This document shows positions 1 to 12,200 of a stretch of 39,876 nt of DNA, one piece after another. This DNA is from Octopus bimaculoides. Lineage: Eukaryota. Location: assembly GCF_001194135.2 (NCBI RefSeq), contig NC_068981.1:39176824-39216699 (forward strand), in the 5' to 3' direction. Under the pieces are notes generated by a model, which was not told the DNA's origin, did not search any database, and worked only from the letters and a program-made list of their open reading frames with translations. Numbering within the stretch: the stretch's first letter is position 1; each line of letters starts with the position of its first letter. The position numbers and the translations under genes were made by a program.

Positions 1-55
<55 letters not shown>

Positions 56-60
56 TACAT
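1..60. repeat. (TA)n/(CA)n microsatellite
   Basis: Directly visible. Confidence 0.95.
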
Positions 61-64
61 ATAT

Positions 65-290
65 ATCACCATCATCATCATCATCCTTTAACATCTAGTT
101 TTCTATGCTTGCAAGGGTCAGATGGAATTTGTTGAGGCAGATTTTCTATGCCCAGAACCTCTTCACCAACCCTTACCTGTTTCCATGCAGGGTAATATTT
201 TACATAGATATGTTTTTGACAGAATTCTGGAAACGAACATCCTCACTTGTATGATTATGATGCTCATTTACAACAATCATACAATATCTA
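65..290 (-). mobile_element. Retroposon 3' end with (GAT)n tail (RTE-type 3'UTR variant)
   Basis: (CAT)n followed by ctttaacatc..ttttctatgcttgcaagggtcagatgg, the same tail as the other copies; a related plus-strand copy is at 29975-30078. Confidence 0.6.
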
Positions 291-363
291 GGCAAGGGTA
301 CATACAAACATATATCATGCACACACATACATTCATATATATATACATACATATATATATATA

Positions 364-531
364 TCATCATCATCATCATCATCATCATCGTTTAACGTCC
401 GCTTTCCATGCTAGCATGGGTTGGACGATTTGACTGAGGCCTGGTGAAACCGGATGGCAACACCAGGCTCCAGTCTGATTTGGCAGAGTTTCTACAGCTG
501 GATGCCCTTCCTAACGCCAACCACTCAGAGA

Positions 532-535
<4 letters not shown>
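364..535 (-). mobile_element. RTE-clade LINE 3' end with (GAT)n tail
   Basis: (CAT)n-tttaacgtccgctttccatgctagcatgggttggacgatttgactga is identical over ~45 nt to 37241-37348 and continues as ctggatgcccttcctaacgccaaccactc, shared with other copies. Confidence 0.75.
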
Positions 536-568
<33 letters not shown>

Positions 569-605
569 TACACACACACACACACACACATGTATGTATG
601 TATAT
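534..605. repeat. Compound (TA)n(CA)n microsatellite
   Basis: Directly visible. Confidence 0.95.
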
Positions 606-732
606 ATACAATACAAGATGCTTCTTTCATTTTATGTCTATCAAATCCACTCACAAGGCTTTGGTCAGCCTGGCACAATATTAGAAGACACTTGCCCAAT
701 GTGCAGTGCAGTGGGACTGAACCAGAGACCTC
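605..732 (-). mobile_element. tRNA-derived SINE head fragment
   Basis: Minus strand ggttcagtcccactgc...ttgggcaagtgtcttct...ccaaagccttgtgagtggattt (B-box-like GGTTCAGTCCC) running into a microsatellite. Confidence 0.6.
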
Positions 733-3149
733 CAATGAGAAAAAGATTAAAATTTCATAAATTCAAACAATGCACCATTTATTGTGTCCTATTTTTATCA
801 ATTTGCACACTACTCTGCCCTTTCTACTGTTTCTATAATCCATTCTTCAGGGTTTGTTGGTGTAATGAAACCTCCAGTCTCTGTTCCTTACTCAGTTGTT
901 TCTCCTCTTGACATCTTCTATGTAGTATCAAACCCTCCAGGTACTCACACTATCAACTATTTCCAGTGTGATCTCTCCAAGGTGTTAGTCATCTAGAACT
1001 TTCTCACTATGTATACTGACTTGCAACAGTTTAAGCGAAACATGTATGACATCCATCTCACCAACCTCAGAATGTTATAGGTACTACCCCTCCTTCCAGC
1101 TCTAGAAAGTAAATTAAAAAATTAGTTTAACCCATTCATCTCAGCTTCCCTTATAATAACATTCTTGCCTTTACAGTATAGGAAAATTTGTGAAGTTTTC
1201 AAATATCTGCATTAACTCACCATGCCAATGTTTGAATATGTAGAATCATAAAATAATAAAGGAGAAAAACACACAAGAAATAATTGGAGAAATATATTTC
1301 TTTTTATTTACAGATCATTAATATCACAGTACAACTAGCTTATAAGAAATAAAACATCAGTTACACTGTTAAAATACATATATTTCTAATGTACTTTATA
1401 TGAAATCAAGAAATATTTTTTCAGCAGAAATTCAATCTTATTGTGGAACTTTGATGTAATCAACATGATGAGTTAAATTTACTGTAATTTTTTTTTTAAG
1501 AATTGTGTGTATATGTAGAAAATTTTTAAAAAAATCTTTCTCAAAAGAAAATAAACATTTATTTTAATGTACATTTTGTTGCCAATAGACTAATAGGAGA
1601 AAACAAAACATGCTGGTGCAATTTCCATTCTAATTTCTTACTTTAATCAGGAACAAAGCTATAATCAGTTTCTATCAAATTTCAAAGACATTTCAATTAA
1701 TTTCAGGAAGGAAACAAGTAACAAAACTAAAATACAATACAATAAAAGTAAGAAAAGAAAGAACTTAAATAATAAAATATAACAAAATAAAATAAAGACA
1801 AAAACAAACAAAAAAATGACTTTGTAATTAACAATATTCATGTACAAGTTGAAAATCAATACATGTTTTTCTTTCTGAGCCTTGTGTTGATAACTTATTG
1901 GTTTCCCTGTAAGTTAATAACATTCTTCAGTCTTTATATTTTTTAGTTTTCATTAGGTAAAAAAAATATGTATCAAGAATTCACAAACATATTCATCACA
2001 CATGCACACACACACACACACACATGCACACACACACACGCACACATGTGCACACATACATTACATGAGTAATGTATGTGTTTATTGTGATATTTTGCTG
2101 GAATGTGTATATGTGGTACCTTGATCGGATGTGTGTGTGATTGTGTTTGATCATATGATAAAGTATGCATCTACACATGCATATGGGTAGGTATCTAAGT
2201 ATGAGTATTTATATTTATGTATGTTCTGCATGTTTTGTTTGTGTATTCATGACTATATACATTTGTGCTTTATTTTTGTGAACATACTGATCAACAACTT
2301 GTCTTTCTCGCTTAAAGGCACAAATATTGTTGCTGTTTATAAATTGAACATTTATATTTTTTTCTTTCATTATTGATTTGTCATAAACTAAGAAGGAATT
2401 AGAAACTTTCTGTCATAGGGACATTGTTTTCGGTGACAGTTTGAACTTTGCTTTTTATGAGTTGGTTTTGCTTCCTGTCATGTGACTGTTATTGTAGTGT
2501 TATCTAGAAACCTGGAAGTCTGCTTTTATAAAAATATAGAAATATAATACCTTGGGACATATATTATTTGCTTTCATTATTGATATATATGCATGAAGTC
2601 AAAAGCTGAGAGTTAGTGTGGAATGGACTGAAAAATACAAGAGTCTAGGAAGAATTATTGGTGTAGTTAAAATGCAGTGGTTGCTGTTTAACTATAAGTC
2701 AGTACTCATGAAATAGACTTATGGTCAAAAGAGTTCAAGATAAAAAATATCCTGTATTTCTCTATATCTAGGATTACATTGTTCAATGTATGCTTCCACC
2801 TTTCAAGACAGTAAAAAGCAAATTGAAGGTTTGGCTGCTATTTCATCCTGAATAAACTACCATGTAGAGGCTCATCTGTTGACTCATTAATACGCAGTAT
2901 AACATATTTGAATTATTCATTGCAAATTATATTTGAAATACTAGATTTATACAGATATATTTCAATGTAGTAGTCACAGGTGAAAGATTTACTTCAGAAT
3001 TTTTAGTTTTATTCCATAAAAGTATTTGAAACAAACATGTATTTCTTAATTGCCTCCTTAGAAGCACACATGATGCATATCCTCCACACATATGCACAAA
3101 CCATATGCACAATCACACATACAGATTATGAGTGGACTAGATTACATAC

Positions 3150-3292
3150 ACATATGTGTTCCTTTCTGTGGAAGAGCGTAGGCTCGAGACATTAAAGACT
3201 TTTTCACTTCCTGAGCATTAAACTAATACATTTGTTTGTTGTCTACACCACCTGTCTTCGTCTTTTGTTCTTTTTGTGAATTCTCCCCTATA
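3150..3292 (+). mobile_element. Short repeat (pLTR-like) with hammerhead-variant motif, copy 1
   Basis: ctttCTGTGGAaGAGCgtagGCTCGAGACATTaaag. Similar to 24403-24597 (-) and 24988-25080 (+); followed by (TA)/(TG)n. Confidence 0.6.
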
Positions 3293-3339
3293 TATGTGTG
3301 TGTGTGTGTGTGTGTATGTATGTGTCTATATGTGTGTCC

Positions 3340-3487
3340 TTGTCTATGTGTGTGTTGCCCATCATCATTTGACAACTGCTTCTAGGTTTTAAAAAATAAG
3401 TCCTGGGGTCAATTTGTATGACTAAATCCCTTTAAGGCAGTGCTCCAGCATGGCTGCAGCCAAATAACAGAAACAAATAAAAGATAA
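3340..3487 (+). mobile_element. SINE 3' body fragment
   Basis: aataagtcctggggtcaatttg...aaggcagtgctccagcatggctgcag...aaacaaataaaaga following a (TG)n tract; recognised from memory as a mollusc/cephalopod SINE tail. Confidence 0.55.
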
Positions 3488-5272
3488 AAAAGAAAGAGAT
3501 AAAGGAAGGTAGGTTAAGATTGTGAGAGAGTCAGGGTGGGCATGAGAGATGGTTAAAGATAGGAGAGGTGTGAATGTGGTGAATGGTGCTGAAGGGTGGA
3601 GGGGTGGTCAGTGGCAAACATAATTTGGAGGAGATGGTAAGAATGAAGAATGGATGTTAATGAAAGTGGTTCAGGGAAGAAAAGGTGGCGATTAGAAATA
3701 TAGAAAGGGTAAAGAGCAGTACAGTAATAATTAAACTGTAGACAGGGTATGAATGAGAGATAGGGAGAGGATGAGTAGACATGGATGGGTAAAAGTTGTA
3801 AAACGGCTGAGGAGTGTCAGAGACGTAATTGATAGATGTAGAGGAGATCAGAGATATTTAGGGATGAATAGAATGAATGGTCAACAAAAATGGTGGTGGG
3901 GTGATTGTAAATATGAAACTGTTAAGAATGAGGGATGGATGTTAAAAGAATGTAGTTCAAGGGAGAGGGACAGATAAATGATAGCAAAGACGGTATGAAA
4001 TATATAGTCTTGATCAACAGTAGAATATAGTAGTTAGAAGAGTGATGGAGGAATGTATGATAGGGAGATGAAATAGTGAGTAAGCCTTTACAGAGGAAAA
4101 CTGGGGCACTCATGCAGCTGTTTGCATTTGTGTGTATGTGTGTGTGTGTGTTTACATCCATTCTTTCCCTTGTGTTGATATGACACAATCTTACAAATAG
4201 TGTGTGGTTATGGAGAAATATTACCTCGCTTAACAACAGAAAGTGCATCTGTTTGTAGAAATTCTGCCTCAGTTAATTCTGTCTAATCCATGTAAGCATA
4301 GAAAAGTAGATATTAAAGCAATAAGAATGATCAACTCTTAGTATTTTATTATGAATGTATAATTATAGATACTGTAACTTAAACATCAGAAGTCAAGTAT
4401 GTAATCAGTAACACTTGCAAAACTTTAAGTAGTAACAGGGAGTAATCTAAATACTGCAACGAATATATAGATTAATGTGTGTGCGTGTGTGCGAGAGAGA
4501 GAGAGAGAGAGAGGAAATGTACAGTGTATTGTTGAATCTGATTTCCATACTATATGGGAAATATCAAAATCTAGTAAATATGTATATGTGTGTGATCATG
4601 TGGAAATTATGAGTTAAATAGGTTTAATTCGTACTTCATTCAAAACATATAATACAGTGATTATATTTCATTAATAATTTTACTGATATCAATAACTATA
4701 ATAATTAGCAGCCAATAGTTTTTAAAATATTAGCATGAAATGCAACAAATCAGCCGAACATATATGTCATGATTCCCTTTGAAATATTCATTTTATTAAA
4801 CATCATTAACCTTGCTTTCATATATTATATGTAATTTTCTGTTTGCCTCATGTTATCTCTGTATTTTGTATACAAACTAATTAGTTGATTTTTTCTCTTT
4901 CCTTCTTCTTTACTTTATTATGTTCCAGAAAATTTTAAATGTTAAAATTTTTATCTATAATATTTCTTTGTAAATAAATCTAAGAAGTATATTTACAAAA
5001 AAAAAGCAAGCAACCACAAGTGATGAATTATGTACAACTATGACTAAGCTACATTCTAATTTGAAAATATTCTGATTGATATCTATCGACTTCTTCATTA
5101 AAGTTCATTAAAAAGGTTCATTACAATATGAATATATACAATTTTCCTTTTGATCCTTTTATCATGTATATATATACATACATACATCACACAAATAAGC
5201 ATGCACACACAGACACACACTCACACATCATCATCATCATTTAATGTCCACCTTCCACGCTGGTATGAGTTG

Positions 5273-5275
<3 letters not shown>

Positions 5276-5349
<74 letters not shown>

Positions 5350-5350
5350 T
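5276..5350. repeat. (TA)n microsatellite
   Basis: Directly visible. Confidence 0.95.
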
Positions 5351-5569
5351 GGTGCGATGGGTAAATTGTCGCCATTTCATGTTATTAATTTTTCACATGC
5401 ACATTGTTTGTTTTTAATTTTTTCAATTTTGTTGACTGCACAGTGTAGTAGGGTCAGCTGGACATCAGCTGTGAGAAAAGCAGCACAATGACACAATTCA
5501 ATCTGAGATTTTGAGAGACATGCTCTACTAGTGACTACTTTTGACTCTTATTCCATAAATATCATTACT

Positions 5570-6264
5570 AGAGCCTCACAGAGGCAATGACTAGTGACCA
5601 AGACCCTTGGTTATATGCTGTGTTGAGAAGACCCATCAAGGCAAGTGAAATCATAGTCATGACTGATGCTGGTATCATGTAACTAGCACCCATGCTGGTG
5701 GCACATGAAGAGCACCTTTCAAGCATTGGACCTCACGGTGACAAAGTGGCTGAATTCCTTTTGCACATTGGGCCTCACGGAGACAAGTTCCTTTTGAGCA
5801 TTGGGGCCTCATGGAGATGAGTTTCTTTTGAGCATTGGGCCTCACAGAGACACGTTCCTTTCGAGCATTAGACCTCACAGAGGCAAAGTGGCTGAGATCC
5901 TTTTGAGTGTTGGGCCTCATGGAGGCAATGACCGAGACCTTTGGTAATATGTCATGCTTCAGAAGAAGACTGAGCAAAATCAAAGTTATGGCAAATACCG
6001 GTGTCACACAAATGGCACCCATGCCAGTGGCATGTAAATGCACCCATGCTGGTGGAATGCAAATGCACCCATGCTGGTGGCACGTAAAAGCACCCATTAC
6101 ACTCTTAGAGTGATTGGCTTTAGGAAGGGCATCCATCCATAGAAATCATGCTAAATCAGACTGGAGTCTGGTGCAACCGTCCAGCTTACCACCCCTAGTC
6201 AAACTGTCCAACCCATACCAGCATGGACAACAGATGTTAAATGATGATGATGGTGATGATGACG
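5570..6264 (+). mobile_element. RTE-clade LINE 3' end with internal tandem amplifications
   Basis: ORF-end codons (LGLTEAMT), 3'UTR ggaagggcatcc...cagactggag..ccaacccat..gcatgg and (GAT)n tail; internal duplications at 5717-5939 and 6015-6095. Confidence 0.8.
5717..5939 (+). repeat. Tandem array of six 33-42 nt units (ttttgagcattgggcctcacggagac...)
   Basis: Units of 42, 33, 34, 33, 42 and 39 nt read directly from the sequence; no unique spacers. Confidence 0.85.
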
Positions 6265-9200
6265 AAGAACTATAGCTTTGCAGGCTGTGTTTGCTTGTGA
6301 TTTGAGCTTTAAAGACTTGTAATTTGTTAGCATTACTATTTGTTTGCCTTATGTATTGTATTCTGTTAAGACTGTTATACGATGCCTTATAGGAACCAGT
6401 GGTGACAAATGAAATCATCAGAAGAGGGCAACAGGAATTTTGATGTATAGGTTATTTCCTTCTTGTTTACATAGGCATTGTGATAGTGCCTGGAAATATG
6501 GGCAAAATCACCCTAATATTTTAGTGAGGGGGAGAGGTATTTGTCTGTGGAAGGACCACAGCTTTTAGACTTTATCATTGTCAAAGGCCTTTCCTGAATA
6601 TCGAATATTTATAGTGCTTCTGATATAATATCCACAAAAGAAACTTGTCGTTCTGTAGAGCAGAAACTCTTAAGCCATAGGCAAATATCGACTCTTTAAG
6701 AGATATAACTATAAGATATAATAGGTAATAGGTTCATATGCCTATTTCAAGAGTTATTGCTCTTCCAACAGCACCACATCCAATCCATCACCTATCCAAA
6801 AACTGATGCATCCCATCAGCACAAAAACTTTCACACATGCACAAGAAGGGTGGAGTCACCCCTGACCCAAAAGATTTTGCCCTTGCAGCATTAGTTTTGA
6901 GAAGAAAAAATAATGCTGGATACTTTTTGATTATACATTGCATTATGATAGAATAAATGAAATAAAGAAGCATCATAATGAAAAACACTTTTGATTGTAG
7001 CTTTTCTGGATCAATACTTATTTGTGCAAAATAACTGTATAAAATTACTGGCCTTTTTTCATATCAGGATTTCTTGTGACATTTTTATAGAATTTAAACA
7101 GTAGAATCTGAATCTGAAAAACCAAGGATGGTCTATGTTTATTAAAAGTTATACAGAATGTTTATAGAGTGGAATAAATTACTGTACTGTGAAGGAGAAA
7201 ATTCTAACATTTTGGACAAACCCCTTCATCAAAGAGGATCATTTACTAGTAGTACTGGATAAATATATTAAAAGTAATGCAAGTGAGGAAAAATTAACAG
7301 TAAAGAATAAGTAAGACAAGGATTATAACAAAATATACAAGTGTTAGCAATTGTTAAATTAAGATAAAAATATTCAGCATGATGCTGGAAGATTTAGTAC
7401 TCAAATTTCTATTTTTATTGCCTGTACTATAACTTTTTCAGTAAATATTCCACTAATTATAGCATAAAATTTTTACTTTTGACGACTGTTGTTGCATGGA
7501 GTTATTTTATCCTTTTGTCTGTCTCCACATGACACTAAATTTCAACTGCACAGTTGAGGAAGCTTTTACACAGTCACTCAACCTGGTAGGAGCCAAATTT
7601 TCCTCACATCACACTTTACTACTTTAAAAAGTTAAAGGTGAAAAACATTTGATATTTTAGTCCTAGGAACACTGTAGCTAAAAATGTGATGGAATGGTCG
7701 ATACTGGGATGTTTTAGATCACAAGCCTGCTTGATCAGTTCTGAAGTAGGGCTAACTAACAACAATATTATGAAAAAATTAAACAAAATCCTGTTCTTCA
7801 AGATCTATATCTACTATAAATGTTCTTAGTTTCTCAACCCTTTATTTGAAAGGGGCCGAAAAAGAGTGACATGTAAAACTTGACAATGAAAAATAGCAGA
7901 AAGAAAAATGAAAAGAAAAAGTGACAAAAGTTTGTGGCTTTCCAATTTGTAAGGTATCTGCCATGTCTAGTGTTTGCCTAGCTTGCTGAATCATCATTGT
8001 TGTTTAATGCAGAAGTCATGCTTCTCTGAGTACATAGACTTAAATGTGAATTTTGATATGTGCAAATTCCTCTGCATAGCTTCCTATTATAATGCATGTT
8101 CACAAATCATATGTTATTGATTGAAGATTGAAAGAACTCATATTCTCACTGACAACAGTTATGTCAATATTATTTTCTTTATTTTGCCTTATATTTTTAG
8201 AATGGCCATATAAAACTTGTTGTACAACATATTGAGTAAAAAATCTAATTTTTTTTTCCTTTGCACAAACAAATACAGGACATGCACAGAAGTTGATTGA
8301 TGATATTTTTTTTACAACCATTCAGTTGGAAATTAAAGTATTGGATACGACATCGACAGATTGACTATAGTTATAACTATCAAACTATACCCTTACAGTA
8401 TACACACATACTCATAAGCATTAACAGTCATATATATATATATATAGATCATAATAATAATGATGATATAGAGATGAAATTGAAAACTTAGGAGTTCAGA
8501 ATAAAAATTCTGTGTATGGTGTTTGCTGTGCTGCATTACATAATTCCTTGTCATTCATAGCATCAGAAAAGCAGTAAATCAATAATTCTCCCACCAGTTA
8601 TTTTATACAAAAGGCTGGCTAAAAATTAAACCTGGATTTACTGTAGTTTATTATCCTTCATTAACAACATTGCTAAGTGTTACAGTGTAAGTATTTTCAT
8701 TCTGATTTCTGCCAGCAATCTTCTGCAAATTGTACTTACATCTGATTTTTTTTAATTCCCAAAATGATAATACCTAAGCATTCTTACACAAAAAATATCA
8801 GACGCAGCTGGGTTATTGATAATAATTACAAAGTCATTTTTCAAAGCAAAAAACATAATGCCACTTATTTGAAAAAGGAGTCATTTGTCTTATGCTTACA
8901 AGAAGCACAAAGTGGCTTACAGTTCTCCAGACCTAAAATTAAGGGATGTCTATAGCAACAGAAGTAACACATAAGAAATATAGAAGTGTTTTGAATAACG
9001 CTTGGATTCTCACTCTCTTGTGAGCACGCCATGAATTATTAAATGTTTTGTAGACATCAGCATGCACCAGCATATAATTTTCTTGCTGCTTTCTATAAAC
9101 AAGCCTTTGTGCTCATATGAAATCTAACAGTTCTGTAAGGTAAGTTTGATAGAGGAGTCGTATAATTAAGTCGAAACTCCATGGTGCCTCAAAGTTTCTT

Positions 9201-12200
9201 ACACCAGTGAATTATATGTGCTATTATCACAAATTGTCTTAAGGTAGGTGACGTTCTTTGATGATGAAACACAACAATGGTGTTCAAATTCATGGTCATG
9301 TCTGTCAGAATGTATTAAGAATGAATAGATATGTTGAAAATCTCCATTATATGAATATATGGAACTAAAATAACAATATTGAAGTGGTGCTAACCAAAGT
9401 GGAATAGTCATAATAATATCAATTAACAAATTTCCTAGTATACATTGTCTGGCTTCTAAGATATCATCCACAAATTCACCTCAGCCCTAAATCCACATTG
9501 GAAAACTTGACCATCATCATCATTTTATGTCTGCTTTCCACGTCGGAAAGTCACTCCATCCTGAGCCAGTTACTTTCTTTCTATATGTATTAAAGGAACA
9601 CATCTTGCACATACATTACATGTTTTGGTCTTGGTTTCTGTGGATGGATGCCTTTCTTGATACAAACCACCTTACAGTGCATACTGAGAGTTATAATACT
9701 TTATAGAATTATTAAATTATTAACAGACATGAAGTTAATTCCTTGGGAGTAAGCAAACATCTCAGCTTAGTAAATAATGTTACACTGGTAAATTTATTTA
9801 ACACTGGATGCTTGAAGTGTAGGTACAACACTGATTTGATATTTTATAAGAATCAAATAATAGCAATGTAGGGAAGTTAATCTTGGACTCAATTCTCCAA
9901 ACTTAACAATAAGTTTTGGAATAGATCCAATTATCACTCTTACTAGAATGATAATTGGATCTAAGAGTTCGTTTGAGATGTCAATTCAATTCAGAGAGGG
10001 TAAATTTTGGTAATGTATAATCTTTTAATTGCTAATCCTGTAAACAAAGAACCAAACATTAAATATCTTATTCTCAGGAACAAAGTTGAGAAAACTGTAG
10101 AAATCCAAAATATATATTTTTCTGTGTTTACTGACCAAAATAAGCACAGAATAAATATCTTCCAAAATTTAACTCCCCATTAAAATGCAAATTTTCCAAT
10201 ATTCTTAATAACACCAATACTATATACTTAGCTGTAGGACATGTATTGAGTTGGGTTAATTTTCCACATATAAGGTCTCTGGACTGCATTCTCAACAGGA
10301 AATGCTGATATCTAACTGTTATCAAACGTGTTTTCTGCCAGCAAAAGACTTCCAATTGATGAATATCAACAAATATAAAGGAAATCAAAATCAAGAAAAT
10401 GTATCATGATATCTTCTGTTCTTGTAAATGTTCCCAAAGAATCTACCCACATAAAGATTCATGTTCAGCAAATTTAAAGCCAAAAAAAGAACAAGCATAT
10501 TAAAATAAGAAATTGCTAGAATGATAAAGAATTTTAGAACATGGTAAAAAAGGTTAGCTATTTATAATAATATTCAACTCTTAAATAGACTGGTAAAATT
10601 TTAAAACAAATTAATAACAATCAGTTTATTCCTATAAAGACAAATTTAAAAAATTCACACTGTAAAACCATTTACATATATAACACAGCAGTAAATTCAT
10701 TGTTTGAACTAACAGATGAATAGTTCACTGCTAAGTGACAACTTTAATTAAGAAAGAATGATCTGGTTCCTGAGGAATATATAGTTGTCACAAATAAATA
10801 TTAACATTGATTTATTCATGTGAGGCATAGTTTTAACACCTTTTGATTGATAATAATCTGACACCATATATTAATATATATTCACACTTTTTATGTTTAT
10901 CAATATCAACAGCATTTTGTTATCGTATTTGTTTTGCAAGATTCTTATTTTTAATGATTTTTTTTTATTAATATCATTATTTGTAAAATGATAAGTATTG
11001 ACTTTATATTGTAAATACATTATGTTTATAAGATAACTCGCAAAAGTTATTTTTTATTATATTTTCAAAATTTGTACTAAGTATAAATAAGAGCAAAACC
11101 AATACATTGAACCTGAAGCTAAACCAAAGCTATACACTACTATATTTATTAAACTTTTTTTTCCATTGTCAATTGATTTTTTTTTTATCACCTGTATGTG
11201 TTAGGAAAAATTGTGGAGTAGTGACCAAGATTCAAGCTCAAGAATCTTAGGGATCTGACCTAAAAACTGTAAAGTAAAAATATCTGATTATCTACCTTCT
11301 GTAGAAATCTAAATTTGAAACAGCAAAATATTGTACTCCTGAATAAAGAAGCAAATATTTCGATTCTCAGACATATAATGAAATAATATAGTGTTCCAGA
11401 AACTTGAAAATTTTGTTACTTTGCGAAAGAAATACAGTATCTTAGCTTTGTATAGTTTTCTGAATTGAAAGAATAGAAGGGTCTGATGTGATGCAGGAAT
11501 TACTAGGTACTGGTCTTCAGTATTACAGTGATAACTTTGAACACATTCCATATTTAATTTATTTTATCCGCTTTAAATTTTAGAGCTTACCTTCCTTACC
11601 TTTCATATACAGAATTATCATTAAAATAGTGATATTTTCCCTCACTATTAATGCAGTTTTAATTTATCAAAACTTATTGGCTCAATGCATTAAATATATT
11701 GGCACCAACTTAACTCTTTGTTTCACATGCAAAAGACGTTCTGAGTATACTTCCCCTTATGTATCATACTGTATCTTAAAATGTCTCAACTATTGCTATT
11801 GACTATAAACTGAAGGAGGTTACCACATGCAAGCATTCTGCAGTTTAAATACATATGTAATGTGTAATAAAAGACCTGAAAAACATTGACTGAAATTATC
11901 CATGCAATCAGCATAGAAAATCTCCATCTTGTGGTATACATAATTGAAAAAATAACAACTAAGGTAGATATTCCAGTTATATCAGCCAATAAAGTTTTCG
12001 AAAAATATAATGTAAATAGGTGATCTTATCTTTAAAGCCAATTGGTGAAATTAAAAGGTATGTTTCAGTCTTTTCACTGAGGAGATCTAATATAATCAAA
12101 ATATTTTCATGACAGTCATCAACTAGCCTTAAACACGAGGTCTATCTCCAACCATATAGATTTATTTTCAAAATATTTTGACTGGCTGACATTATTAAAG

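Noticed and set aside
122-911. ORFs of 60-155 aa at the window start (and similar YIYI/HTHT/CVCV ORFs throughout)
   Set aside because: They are translations of microsatellites and retroposon tails, not genes.
1885-1935. CTGAAGA...GAAAC on the minus strand
   Set aside because: Stem I cannot form and stem II is poor; chance match to the hammerhead core.
5717-5939. CRISPR-like array
   Set aside because: The units are contiguous degenerate repeats without unique spacers, derive from a LINE ORF end, and the DNA is eukaryotic with no cas genes.
5675-6136. 153-aa minus-strand ORF with repeats
   Set aside because: It is the antisense reading of the tandem array in the RTE 3' end.
6788-6988. Minus-strand ORF/possible exon AKSFGSGVTPPFLCMCESFCADGMHQFLD
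   Set aside because: Weak donor (AG|GTGATG) and no recognisable homology.
9199-9471. 90-aa minus-strand ORF with possible splice sites (ttttag|T ... GT|GTAAGA) and a hydrophobic LLIDIIMTIPLWL stretch
   Set aside because: No recognisable domain and no reliable linkage to other exons; such candidates arise by chance in AT-rich DNA.
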